From the NCBI RefSeq assembly GCF_009914755.1, contig NC_060930.1: a stretch of 64,000 nucleotides of DNA; one strand, 5' to 3'. The notes under the pieces are model-generated. The model saw only the letters and a program-made list of their open reading frames with translations. It ran no database searches and was not told the DNA's origin. This document shows positions 13,401 through 24,625 of this stretch, one piece after another (position 1 is the stretch's first letter; each line of letters begins with the position of its first letter). The translations under genes were made by a program, and so were the position numbers. This DNA is from the human T2T-CHM13v2.0 reference genome, Homo sapiens.

Positions 13401-14118
13401 ACCCAATACCACTCTTGGGGACTCTTCCCAGTCAATACCGGCAAAGGTGGCTGTTGACCCAGGGGTGCTTCTGGGGATCTCTGAGAACAGGAGAAGAGGA
13501 AAGGTGATCTTAGTAGGGATGACACATTCCTTGCTTCCTGTTCAAGATTGCAGAGCACTTTCCCATGAGCTTCTGGATTGACCAGAGGAACAGCAAGAAT
13601 ACTCCTGTTTGCAGAGAAATGGCTCACACAGCCAGCCAGTAGTAGGGAGAACTGAAAATACTTGTCCTTAATCCTAGAGTGCAAGAAATAAGCATGGCAA
13701 GCCCTGGAAAGAACATCAGGAAAGCATTTCTTCCAGATAAGGTCCAAGCATGCTCATTTTATAGATGAGACACCTGAGGCCCAGGGAGATGAAGGGCTTG
13801 TCCAGAGCACTAAGTTTTTAGCTGTGGAGGAAGACTAGAACCCAGGCCTCCTGGATCCACTTTTCTTCCCCATCCCTGCAGCCTCCATCCCAGGGAGTCT
13901 GGAGTCTTTTCCAGTGTACTGTGTGACCTCAGGGCCTCCTGCAGAGCCCTGTACACTGTTGCCTTCTCAAATGCCCTCCTGCCCCTATCATTTCTTCCTC
14001 ATGAGTCACTACCATATTATAAGTTATAAATATTGGGGCCCATTTGGATATGTTTGTTTGGATAGCTCACATATTTAAGTTTTTATTAGGAAATGCAAAA
14101 AAATGCAACAAATACTAT

Positions 14119-15152
14119 TGATATAGTTTGGATGTTGTCCTCTCTACGTCTCACGTTAAATTGTAATCCCCAGTGTTGGAGGTGGGCCGTGGTGGGAGGT
14201 GATTGTATCATGGAGGTGGATTTCTCAAGAATGGTTTAGCGCCGTCCTCTTCATGCTATCCTTGCAATAGTGAGTGAGTTATTGCAAGATCTGGCTGTTT
14301 AAGAGTGTGTGGCATCTTCCCCTTCAGACTCTTTTTTTTAATTTTTTTTATTTCCGTACGTTATTGGGGAGCAGATGGTATTTGATTACATGAGTAAGTT
14401 CTTTGGTGGTGACTTGTGAGATTTTGGTGCACCCATCACCCAAGCAGTACATACTGCACCCAATTTGTAGTCTTTTATCCCTCACCCCCTTCCCACCTTT
14501 CCCCTGAGTCCCCAAAGTCTATTGTGTCATTCCTATACCTTTGCATCCTCATAGGAGTGAAAGAATATGATGTTTGGTTTTCCATCCCTGAGTTACTTCA
14601 CTTAGAATAATAGTCTCCAGTCTCATCCAGGTCACTGTAAATGCCATTAATTCATTCCATTTATGGCTGAGTAGTATTCTATCATATATACACCACAGTT
14701 TCTTTATCCACTTGTTAATCGGTGGGCATTTGGGTTGGTTCCACGTTTTTGCAATTGAAAATTGCGCTGCTATAAACATGCATGTGCAAGTATCTTTTTC
14801 ATATAATGACTTCTTTTCCTCTGGGTAGATGCCCAGTAGTGGGATTGCTGGATCAAATTGTAGTTCTACTTTTCTCCACACTGTTTTCCGTAGTGGTTGT
14901 ACTAGTTTACATTCACACCAGCAGTGTAGAAGTCCCTCAGACTCTTGTTCCTGCTCTCACGATGTGAGATGACAGCTCCCTCTTCACCTTCCACCATGAT
15001 TGGAAGCTTCCTGAGGGCTCCCCAGAAGCTGAGCAGATGCTGGTGCCATGCCTCCTGTATAGCCTGCAGAACCATGAGCCAAATAAATCTCTTTTCTTTA
15101 TGAATTACCCAGTCTCTGATATTTCTTTATAGCAATGCAAGAACAGCCTAAC
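14119..15152 (+). mobile_element. MST (MaLR) solo LTR split by an L1 insertion
   Basis: tgatatagtttggatg...tgtaatccccagtgttggaggtggg (14119-14332) resumes at 14935 ...ccatgattggaagcttcctgagg...ctttatagcaatgcaagaacagcctaa. Confidence 0.9.
14333..14932 (-). mobile_element. L1PB1-like 3' fragment nested in the MST LTR
   Basis: Poly(T) head and antisense L1 3'UTR/ORF2 end (ORF 14549-14881 FDPAIPLLGIYP); TSD cc(t/c)tcagactctt at ~14321 and ~14934. Confidence 0.9.
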
Positions 15153-15210
15153 TAACTTAGACTTCAACTTAAGAAATAAAACTAACTTGGACTCCAACTT
15201 AAGAAATAAA
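15151..15210. repeat. 30-bp tandem duplication (2 mismatches)
   Basis: actaacttagacttcaacttaagaaataaa followed by actaacttggactccaacttaagaaataaa. Confidence 0.9.
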
Positions 15211-15357
15211 ATATTATAAACACAGTCAAAGCCCCTGTGTGCACCTCCCTAATCATACTTCCTTCTCTCTCCCTCTCCTCTAGACCTAACTAGAGACATT
15301 GAATTGAGTATTTGTCATCCAAAGCATCTCTTTATACTTCATACATTATTCTTTACA

Positions 15358-16411
15358 CAGGCAGGCCTCACTCTGCAGGGCCATAAAAATGACCACACAA
15401 GCTGAAACTGTGCAAAATCATCTTAAAAATCTATGAGAAAAAATTACAATTATCTTGTGATCTTTAACAATTCTTGTCAAAAACATTAAAACTCTCTTAC
15501 TGTAGGCTATAAATAGTATATGGAAATTTTTTTAAAAATAGTAAAATCAGCATTTAAAATATTAATTTTATCCAAATTATTTAATTTAAAACTTTAGAAA
15601 CATTGGGAATGAAGGTGTTTTATTTCTTCATTAAAAACTTTCAAGAATGGTTTGAACAGTGCTCACCTTCTTCTCATCACATAACTTACAATACAGAGCA
15701 AACATCTTTTCTATACTTGGCAAATCATCATACTCTTAAGTTTGTATCAACTTCTAGCATTTTATCCTTTGAATGTTCAGTGTTGCACAGCGTCTCTGAG
15801 AGTTCCCTTAATGTGAAACTTTTGCCAGCATCACTTCCTCTGGAACATCCCCATCGTTTTCATCACAACCACTTTCTTCATAATGTCACTAAGTTGTCCT
15901 TCACTAAATTCCTCTGGCTGCATATCTAGAGTCCCTCTCCTAGTAGTGGTGTCCATATTCCCACCACCAGCTTTTCCTTCTATAGCTCCATTGACATACT
16001 ATTTGAATTCCATTTGCAGCATTATCACTTTTTGTTTCTTTTCTATGCTTTCATCTTTCAAGGTCAACTTCCTCTTTAGATTATCTATTTTTGCAAACCA
16101 TAACATAGGTTTATTACCCAGAGACATGGAAGCAACATAGCTGCACACTTTGCTGCCTGTGTGTAAACTGGATAGCAGATGCTCGTGACCAGTCACCTGA
16201 TAGACCATGAAAGAAGAAATCAGGACGCACATCTGTTATTCATGGAGAGATGTGTGGAATGAAGAATTGGCATCAAAATTTGTACTTTGTGCAACCACAC
16301 ACAGTCAATACGCTATCATAATTCAAATTTTAACCGTGTTGTTGGGGACTGGTTCAAATAAACCACAACAGAACTTCATACATGGGAACTGGGAAGAGCA
16401 AGGACTGTGTG
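15358..16411 (-). mobile_element. TcMar-Tigger DNA transposon remnant (Tigger13-like) inside an old L1M fragment
   Basis: Degenerate TIRs caggcaggcctcactctgc / gaagagcaaggactgtgtg; minus-strand peptide KKQKVIMLQMEF resembles Tigger transposase N-terminus. Confidence 0.65.
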
Positions 16412-17198
16412 CACTTTATACAACACATGTATGTCCATCAAAGCAATATGTGAAAATATTTTTTATGCTTTTAAGTTTCATATAAATGCTCATCATACTG
16501 CACGAATATTTCTTCATCTTCCAATACTATTTTTCTCCCGTATGTTTGCATATCCATGTGGATATCCCCTGGATGAGGCCAGGAGCTCACTGAAGTCAGA
16601 GCCATGACCCTCCCATCAGCTGAGGAGCTCCCTAAGGGCCAGGTCTAATCTCTCCTTTACCTGAGTTCACTTGGAACCCCCCAAAAGGCACTGTCCATGG
16701 AGCTGCTGAGAGAAGGGTGAATGTGACTAACTGCAAAAAGTTTGGATTAGGATCACACCTCTCTTGCTGGAGAAACCATACTGGGACCACCTAAAAGATC
16801 CATATTTGCAGAGGTCCTATCCACAAAGGCATCTTGCAGCATTCCAGCAAGCCCTCGGGGCTGCAGCTGTACGCTTTTCCTGTCTCCATCATGTCTCCAT
16901 GTTCATTGCCCTTTAAAGTTAAATTGACTTTAATAGCATCCAATTTTCTTAAGTACTAGAGAGACAGACAGGTTAAAAAGGGAGTGTTATTACCACCTCC
17001 TTTTCCTTCTGTATTCCCAATTGGATATTAAAAAGTCACTTCATCTGACACTTGGCCCCTGGCCCCAGGAGAGGTAACCAGGGAAATAGTATTGGGCCCA
17101 GAGCTGGCTGTTAAAACAATAAGCTTCCCATTTTGCCTTTCTTATGAGTGCTAGGACAAAACCCCATTGCCCACTGCTGGGTGTCTGTGGATGTATAT

Positions 17199-17199
17199 T

Positions 17200-17233
<34 letters not shown>

Positions 17234-17235
17234 TG
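17199..17235. repeat. (TG)n microsatellite
   Basis: Direct reading. Confidence 0.95.
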
Positions 17236-17573
17236 AATGCATTTGTGATGCAAGTGAGCCTACATTTAAACGTGCTTATATGTGGAGGTTTCACGATTAG
17301 GGGACTGTGTTGTACAGGTGTATGTATTTTTTCATATCTGTATCCTCAGTGTTTGGAACATGGAGGTGCAAAGTAAATATTTGCTTAACAAATGTTACCA
17401 ATCAATAGACAATGAGGCTGCACAGTGTGTGCATGCCCCTTCCATTTCATAGCACATCCCTTCCTTGTTCCTACTTTTCCATGAGGAGAAGCCAGCTGGA
17501 GCCCATACTGTACCACTATATCAGTGCGTGGTAAGCAGGGAATGTTTGGAGACTATGTTCTTATTGTCTCTGT

Positions 17574-17575
<2 letters not shown>

Positions 17576-17605
<30 letters not shown>
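17576..17605. repeat. (TG)n microsatellite
   Basis: Direct reading. Confidence 0.95.
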
Positions 17606-17606
<1 letters not shown>

Positions 17607-17707
17607 TATGAATGTGTCCATGAGTAAGCCCAACCTACCTTCAGAAACAGCCTCAGGCTGGGATCCCTGTGCCACCCTTCTTATCCCTGCACCTCAGGTG
17701 TGGCAGT

Positions 17708-18141
17708 TTTCAGGCATGTCCATGTGAAGAGACCACCAAACAGGCTTTGTATGAGCAATAAAGCTTTTTAATCACCTGGGTGCAGGCAGGCTGAGTGCAA
17801 AAAGAGAATCAGCAAAGGGAGAGAGGGATGGGACTGTTTTATAGGATTTGGGTGGGTAGTGGAAAATTACAGTCAAAGGGGGTTGTTCTCTTGTGGGCAG
17901 GGGCGGGGATCACAAGGTGCTCAGTGGGTGAGCTTCTGAGCCAGGAGAAGGACTTTCACAAGGTTAGTTGCTCAGTTAAGGTGGGGCAGGAACAAATCAC
18001 AATGGTGGAATGTCATCAGTTAAGGCAGGAACCGGCCATTTTCACTTCTTTTGTGATTCTTCACTTGCTTCAGGCTATCTGGACATATACGTGCAGGTCA
18101 CAGGGGATATGATGGCTTAGCTTGGGCTCAGAGGCCTGACA
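17708..18141 (-). mobile_element. 3' LTR (LTR7 family, older B/C-like subtype), 434 bp
   Basis: Matches the 5' LTR; TATAAAA at 17837-17843 and ATTAAA poly(A) signal on minus strand. Confidence 0.97.
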
Positions 18142-18154
18142 TTCCTGCCTTCTT
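18142..18154 (-). other. Polypurine tract
   Basis: AAGAAGGCAGGAA on minus strand directly before the 3' LTR. Confidence 0.85.
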
Positions 18155-18294
18155 ATATTAATAAGAAAAATAACATAAAATTGTATTGAAGTGTTGGGGC
18201 AGTGAAAATTTTTTGGGGGGTGGCATGGAGAGATAATGGGCGATGTTTCTCAGGGCTGCTTCAAGTGGGGGGTGGGAACCTAGAGTGGGAGACA

Positions 18295-20033
18295 TTAAGT
18301 TGAAGGAAGATTTTGTGGTAAGGGGTGATATTGTGGGGTTGTTCGAAGGAGCATTTGTCATATAGAATGATTGATGATGGCCTGGATATGGTTTTGGATG
18401 AATTGAGAAACTAAACGGAAGACACAAGGTCCAAATTAGAGAAGGAGAAAAACAGGTATTAAAGGACTAAGAATTGGGAGGACCCAGGACATCCAATTAG
18501 AGAGTGCCCAAGGGGGTTCAGCATAATTACTTGCTTGGTTGGAGAGTTTTTGGGCTCTATCCTTGAGTTTTTTTATGTTGTCATACACCAGACCAGATTG
18601 ATTTAGGTAAAAACAACACTCTTCATTTAAAAATATAGAGTCCTTTTTTTTCAGCAGTAAGTCAAGGCCTCGGCGGTTTTGGAGGACAACTGCAGCTAAA
18701 GAGTCAACTTGGGCCTGGAGGACTGATAAAGTTTGTGATATGTCTGTGACGCTAGCAGAGAAGTCATTAGAGAGGCTACGGAAGGTCGTGACAGAGGTTG
18801 AAACGCCTGCTGTTCCAGTACCAAGAGCAATAGTGGAGGCAGAAAGTCCTAAACCGACAAGCAAGGGAATTAGTGGAATAACTCTTTTTTGTTGTGTCAT
18901 GAGGGGAACAGGGAGCTCTTCAGTCCCATTTGCAAATTGAATTTTGGGAGTAAGGAAAACAGTGTGCATGTGCCTGTCCAATTAGCAGGTAGACACATGT
19001 AGGTAGAGGATCCACAGAGGAAGAAAAGACCTTGTGCGAGGCAAAACTGGAAATGCAAAGTAAAAAGATGAGAAGGAGTGCTGAAAGAGGTGTCTTGTAC
19101 CTGGACTACTAGGGATCCAGCTAGGGCGGCAGCCATCAGAGGTTGTAATGGGGACTGATGGGGTAACTGCATAGAGGGGAAGGTTCGATTTTCATGGTGT
19201 ATGAGAAAACGTTGAGTGTCTACAAGCAACCTTTCACTGTTATTTACGGGGCTGGGTATAAGTAAACAAGAAGAGGGCCTGGGAGGAGAGTCTGAAAAGC
19301 AAGGGGAAGGTAGCCAAGGATGGAGTGAAATACAGGGTAAGTGTCTTCCTAAGTAATAATTACTGCTAACGTTTTTAAGTTTGCCAGTATTGATAGAGGG
19401 CTTATCTGTAATACGGAGCTGGAAGGCCCCAATTGTTTCAGTGATGTGTGTAGTTGTGTTTTGGAGATGAAGAGTGAAGGAACATTGAGAAGGTGAAAGG
19501 TTACCCAGGGGAATTCCAGTGGGTCTTTGCTGAGAGATACATAAAGGAGCAGCCACAGGAATAGTTTGTGTTGTGAGGGGTCCAAATATGGGGGGAGTAG
19601 AGTTGATATAAGGAGAAAGGTTTTTAAAGTAAGTGCAGAGGAGGGCGGCAGCTTGCTGATGTGAAATGTCTGGGGAGGTCTTGCTGGACCTGCCTAGAAA
19701 GTAAAGAAGTTCTTCAGGAGGGTAAAGGTGAGGGCTGTTAAAGGAAGTTCGGAGGTGTAGGGATACAGGAGATGTTGCCCAGTCTGTATGTAAGGCGGGG
19801 ACAGCTGTGTAGGTGCAGGAAGAAAGGGAAATGCAAAGCCAGCAATTACTCACTAAGGAGGGATTAGAAATGGCTAGGAGACAGTGAGTAAGGTTGATAG
19901 TGTTGTGGAGATAGCTGGGGAGAGGTTGAGGGTGGCATAAGAATGGAAATGAGAATAAAAGTGAGTATAAAAGTAAAGAATAGAACTGCATCAGGGTGAA
20001 AATATTGGAGGGTGCCCTGCCAGCAAAGATCAT
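18295..20033 (-). pseudogene. env: HERV-H env, full-length footprint, disrupted
   Basis: MIFAGRAPSN start, CWLC, QQKR furin site, fusion peptide [26 protein letters not shown]; frameshift near 18960, premature TAA at 18436-18438 in the membrane anchor, ancestral stop ~18295. Confidence 0.95.
18897..20033 (-). CDS. env: Open 378-aa ORF: signal peptide, nearly complete HERV-H Env SU and a 20-aa frameshift tail (expression unproven)
   Basis: ATG-initiated ORF; hydrophobic FYSLLLYSLLFSFPFL leader, CWLC, several NxS/T sites, SU C-terminal CLPANWTGTCTL. Confidence 0.45.
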   Translation of the reverse strand: MIFAGRAPSNIFTLMQFYSLLLYSLLFSFPFLCHPQPLPSYLHNTINLTHCLLAISNPSLVSNCWLCISLSSCTYTAVPALHTDWATSPVSLHLRTSFNSPHLYPPEELLYFLGRSSKTSPDISHQQAAALLCTYFKNLSPYINSTPPIFGPLTTQTIPVAAPLCISQQRPTGIPLGNLSPSQCSFTLHLQNTTTHITETIGAFQLRITDKPSINTGKLKNVSSNYYLGRHLPCISLHPWLPSPCFSDSPPRPSSCLLIPSPVNNSERLLVDTQRFLIHHENRTFPSMQLPHQSPLQPLMAAALAGSLVVQVQDTSFSTPSHLFTLHFQFCLAQGLFFLCGSSTYMCLPANWTGTCTLFSLLPKFNLQMGLKSSLFPS

Positions 20034-20327
20034 CTATCCACTCTAAGAGGGAGTTAAGAGTGGTAGTTTGGGGATAGCACTAGGAGATATCAGCTGTGAT
20101 GGCTTGGAGAAACAGCATAAACCAGCAGTGTAAACAAGAGTAGGGCATTTATGAGCAGTTGAGAACAGTGAATAGGAGTATGACTAGACAGAAGATAGTA
20201 GGGATGACTAGTTTTTGGGGCTCAGTCCAAGTAGTGGGGGTGACTGCATAAAGCCCTGTTGCAAAAAGTAGGGTAAGGATGAATACACTTAATAGAATGA
20301 AGGGATGTATTAGGCTCATAAGGGTTA

Positions 20328-21400
20328 TTACTGTTCTTCAGAAATGCGAGTGAGTTTAAGGGAAATAGGGGAGAGTACTTGCGACTTCCAGGAGGAAGAG
20401 GAGAAATCAGGCTGGCTGTCTGACAGACACAGCTTTATTCTGGAATAGTGAACCCAATGGGGAGGGTCCTGCAGGCAGACTGCAGTTGGGGTACTATAGA
20501 TGATTAAGTAGGGTCCAGTCCATTGCGGTTGTAGAGTTTGAGGGGTCAGATTCTTAACAAGAACTGATCGTCCAGCTAGGGTGTCTTCATATGGCTGGGA
20601 ATCTGGAGTGGGCAAGAGAAGATTAGCAGCCTGGCAAATTTCCTGTCTAGCCTGCTGGAGGACTGGAAGATAGTCACCTAGAGGGCTGGTGTCTGGAACG
20701 AGGTTGGGGCTGAGCAAGAAAGTGCATCCATATAAAAATTCAAATGGACTGTACCCTGTAGCATCTCGAGGACAGGCTCTAATTCTGAGAAGGACAAGAG
20801 GTAAAAGTACTGTCCAGTCCTTTTTAAGTTGGAGGCTGAGCTTGGTGAGGTGTGTCTTTAAAAGACCACTAGTCTGTTCTACCTTTCCCGAAGACTGAGG
20901 ACGGTAAGGGGTATGAAGGTTCCACTGAATACCAAGAGCCTGAGAAACTGCTTGGGTGATTTGACTTGTAAAGGCTGGTCCGTTATCAGAGTGTATAGAG
21001 GTGGGAAGGCCAAACCAAGGAATTAAGTCTGACAGAAGGGAAGAAATGGCTGCGGTGGCCTTCTCAGACCCTGTGGGAAAGGCCTCTACCCATCCAGTGA
21101 AAGTGTCTACCCAGACCAAGAAGTATTTTAGTTTCCTGGCTTGGGGCACGTGAGTAAAGTCAATTTGCCAGTCCTGGGCAGGGGCAAATCCCTGAGCTCG
21201 ATGTGTAGGGAAGGGAGGGGGCCTGAAAAATCCCTGAGGGGTAGTAGAATAGCAGATGGAACAGAGAAGTGATTTTCTTGAGGATAGATTTCCACAGTGG
21301 AAATGAAATGAGAGGTTCTAAGAGACGGGCTAGTGGCTTATAACCTACATGGAAGAGGTTGTGAAATGACAACAGAATAGAATGGGCCTGTAAGGCTGGA
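20328..21400 (-). pseudogene. pol: HERV-H integrase region of pol
   Basis: In one frame: CSIC..WQIDFTH..WVDTFTGW..SDNG..PYRPQSSGKVE..WTGPY; a small deletion near 21266 separates the HH from the CC half of the zinc finger. Confidence 0.92.
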
Positions 21401-21559
21401 AGGAGATATTTTCCTTGGTCTAAGAACCATTTGCCTTGTGTGGGAAGAGATTGATAGGTGGAAATTTCAGTGGGGGAGTAGGCGGGAGTGACCGATGAGA
21501 AGAAGAAAAACTGGCCATGAGGGACAGAAGTTGGAATGCTAGCTGCTTCTTTAGCTACC

Positions 21560-21990
21560 TTATAAGCATAAGCGTTGCCTAGAACAATGGGATCTGACAC
21601 CTTTTGATGGCCCTTGCAGTGAATGACTCCAGCTTCCTTTGGAAGTGAAGCAGCCTTGAGAAGGGTTTTTATTAAGGAGGCATTGATGATAGAGGACCCT
21701 TGCATAGTGAGGAAACCTCTTTGTGCCCATATAACAGCATGGTGATGGAGGATATGGAAGGCATATTTAGAGTTAGTATAAATATTGACACGTAGTCCCT
21801 TTGCAAGAGTGAGGGCTCAAGTTAAGGCAATGAGTTTGGCTTGCTGAGAGGTAGTGCAGGGGGGCAGAGTGGTAGCCTCAATGATAGATGTGGAAGATAC
21901 TATAGCATAGCCTGCCTTAGCTGGTGAGTGGTGATTAGGCCTGGTGGAACTGCCATCAATAAACCAAGTGTGATCAGGGTGAGGAACAGG
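21560..21990 (-). pseudogene. pol: HERV-H RNase H region of pol
   Basis: WFIDGSS...AGYAIV...SQQAKLIALT (then stop) and IHCKGHQK...GNAYA motifs. Confidence 0.9.
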
Positions 21991-23300
21991 AAAGAAGGAC
22001 ATATGGGGAAATAGGGTGAATGTCAGGTGGATCAGAGGGATACAGTCATGGGGGTCAGGTGTGGTATCCGGAATAATGTGAGAGGCCGGATTGAAGTCCA
22101 GGCCAGGAACAATGGTAATTGTGGGAGACTCAACAAAGAGTGAGTATAGCTGAAGGAGCCAGGGGGCAGAAAGTTTATGCATCAGGTGTGAGGAAGAAAA
22201 TAGATTTTGGAAGTTATGAGAGCTGTAGAGAGTCAGTTGAGCATAGTTTGTGATTTTGAGGGCCCGTAAAAGTATTAGGGTGGCAGCAGCCATCGCACAG
22301 AGACATGATGGCTAGCCTAAAACAGTAAGGTCAAGTTGTTTGGACAAAAAGGCTACAGGGCACGGTCCCAGTCCTTGTGTAAGAATTCCTACTGCACAGC
22401 CCTGCACTTCGGCTGTGTGTAATGAAAATGAGTGGGGAAAGGATTTAGGGTCTATGGGGTCAGCTAGGTTTCCTTTTGTGAGTTTATATAATGGTTTTTT
22501 TAGGATAACAAAATCAGGTATCCAAAGGCAAAAGTATCCAACCATGCCTAGGAAGGAAAGGAGCTGTTGTTTTGTAGAAGGGATTGGGGTTTGAGAGATC
22601 AGTCAGACACGATTGGCAGGGATAGCATATGTGTTTTCATGAAGAATTATGCTGAGGTAGGTAACAGATGGAGAAGAAATTTGAGCTTTGGAGGGGGATG
22701 ATACCCAATATCCTTTGGAGAATAAATGTTGAAGGAGCAGGAGGGTGTCTTGTTGAGAAGATTCAAAGGAGGGGCTACAAAGTAGAAGGTCATCAATATA
22801 TTGAATCAGGTGAGAAGCAGAGGGGTGGAAAGAAAGTAAATCATGAGAAAGAGTTTGGCTGAAGTAATGAGGGCTGTCCCTGAAGCCTTGCAGCAGTACG
22901 GCCCAGGTAAGCTGCTGGGACTGATGGGTGTCAGGGTCAGTCCAGGTAAAAGCAAAGAGAGGCTGGGACAAGGGGTGCAGGGGAATAGTGAAAAAAGCAT
23001 CTTTAAGATCAAGAACAGAATAGTGAGTTGTGGAGGAAGGTATTGAGGACAAAAGAGTGTACAGATTGGGCACTACAGGGTGGATAGGCAAAACAATTTG
23101 GTTGATAAGGTGCAGATCCTGAACTAACCTGTAAGACTTGTCCGGTTTTTGGACAGAAAATGGAGGAATTGTAAAGAGGGTTTATAGGTTTTAGAAGCCT
23201 ATGCTGTAGCAGGCAAGTGGTAACAGGCTTTAATCCCTTTAAAGCTTGTTGTGAGATGGGATACTGGCATTAAGCAGGGTAAGACTGATTAGGTTTTAAT
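21991..23300 (-). pseudogene. pol: HERV-H reverse transcriptase/connection region of pol
   Basis: VLDLKDAFF, LLQGFRDSP, YIDDLL motifs (ORF 22603-23091); PVAFLSKQLD; several stops and frameshifts. Confidence 0.95.
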
Positions 23301-23399
23301 GGGATAGTAATGGGCGTGTGATCAGTTGCCAGGGAGGGAGTAGAGGTGTCCCATATTTGTGCGTTAAGGTTGGGGGATATGAGAGGAAGACACAAAGGA

Positions 23400-23774
23400 G
23401 GCCTTGGGTTGGAAGAAGGGTAGCAATGAGATGTGGCTATAGTCCAGGAATAGTCAGGGAAGCAGATAATTTGGTTAAAATGTCTCGGCCTAATAAGGGA
23501 ACTGGCAGGTGGGGATAACTAAAAAAGAGTGCATAAAAGAATGTTGTCCAAGTTGGCACCAGAGTTGGGGAGTTTTAAGGGGTTTTAAAGCTTGGCCGTC
23601 AATACCCACAACAGTTATGGGGGCAAGGGAAACAGGCCCCTGAAAAGAAGGTAATATGGAGTGGGTAGCCCCTGTATTGATTAAACAGGGGATGGACTTA
23701 CCCTCCACTGTGAGAGTTACCCGAAGCTCGGCATCCGTGATGGTCCAGGGGGTTTCCAAGGTGATCAGGCCGCA
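23400..23774 (-). pseudogene. pro: HERV-H protease, catalytic DTG changed to NTG
   Basis: LTVEGKSIPCLINTGATHS...VVGIDG following the gag TGA. Confidence 0.9.
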
Positions 23775-24625
23775 TCAGTCTTCAACCACTAAGCCGAGCA
23801 GATCTGGGAAGGAGTCAGTCAGAGAGCCTTGGGCTAGAGCTTTAGGGGCTCTAGAAGTGGCTGCCGGGAGAGCTGGGCAGTCTGATTTCCAGTGGGTCCC
23901 TGCACAGATGGGACATGGCTTGGGAGGAATTCCGGGCTGCGGGCATTCCTTGGCCCAGTGGCCAGATTTCTGGCACTTGAAGCAAGATCCTGTTGGAGGA
24001 AGTCCTGTAGGAATGCTTGACTGCTGCGGCTTAGGCGTGTGCGGCTTAGGCTTGTGCAGCTTAGGCATTTTGAAGTTCTTGTGTGCTGGAGGTGTGGCTG
24101 GGTTTTGTCTCATAGCAGAGGCAAGTAATTGTAACTCAGAAATGCGTTGCTGTCTGGCTGCCTCCTCTCTGTTATTGTACACCTTGAAGGCGAGGTTGAT
24201 TAATTCCTGTTGTGGGGTTTGAGGGCCGGTTTCTAATTTTTGAAGCTTTTTTATAATGTCAGGAGCTGACTGGGTGATAAAACGCATGTTTAGAATGAGA
24301 CAGCCTTTTGACCCTTCAGGGTCTGTGTCTGTAAAGCGTCTCAGGGTTGTTGCCAAATAAGCCATGAACTGGGCTGGGTTTTCTTCTTTACCTTGAGTAG
24401 TTTCTTTAAGCTTGTCATAATTAACAGCTTTGTAAGCTGCCTTTTAAGCCCTTCAACTAGGCAGGAAATCATGTAATCTCACCTAGCTGTACCTGGGGAA
24501 TCTGCCTGATAGTTCCACTGGGGATCCTCTCGGGGAACTGCTCTAATGCCTTCCTGAAGGTCTGGCTCGTGGAGCCAGTGGTTGTCAGCGTGAGATTGGG
24601 CCAGAGAAAAAACTATTTCCCGTTC
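23775..24625 (-). pseudogene. gag: HERV-H gag 3' part (capsid C-terminus and nucleocapsid)
   Basis: MHR-like QGKEENPAQF, FITQSAPDI, zinc knuckles CFKCQKSGHWAKEC and CPICAGTHWKSDC; 5' gag absent. Confidence 0.93.

Noticed and set aside
17795-18112. Paralogous 105-aa and 114-aa plus-strand ORFs (also 24733-25077)
   Set aside because: Antisense readings of the two LTRs with GTG starts; the similarity is just LTR identity
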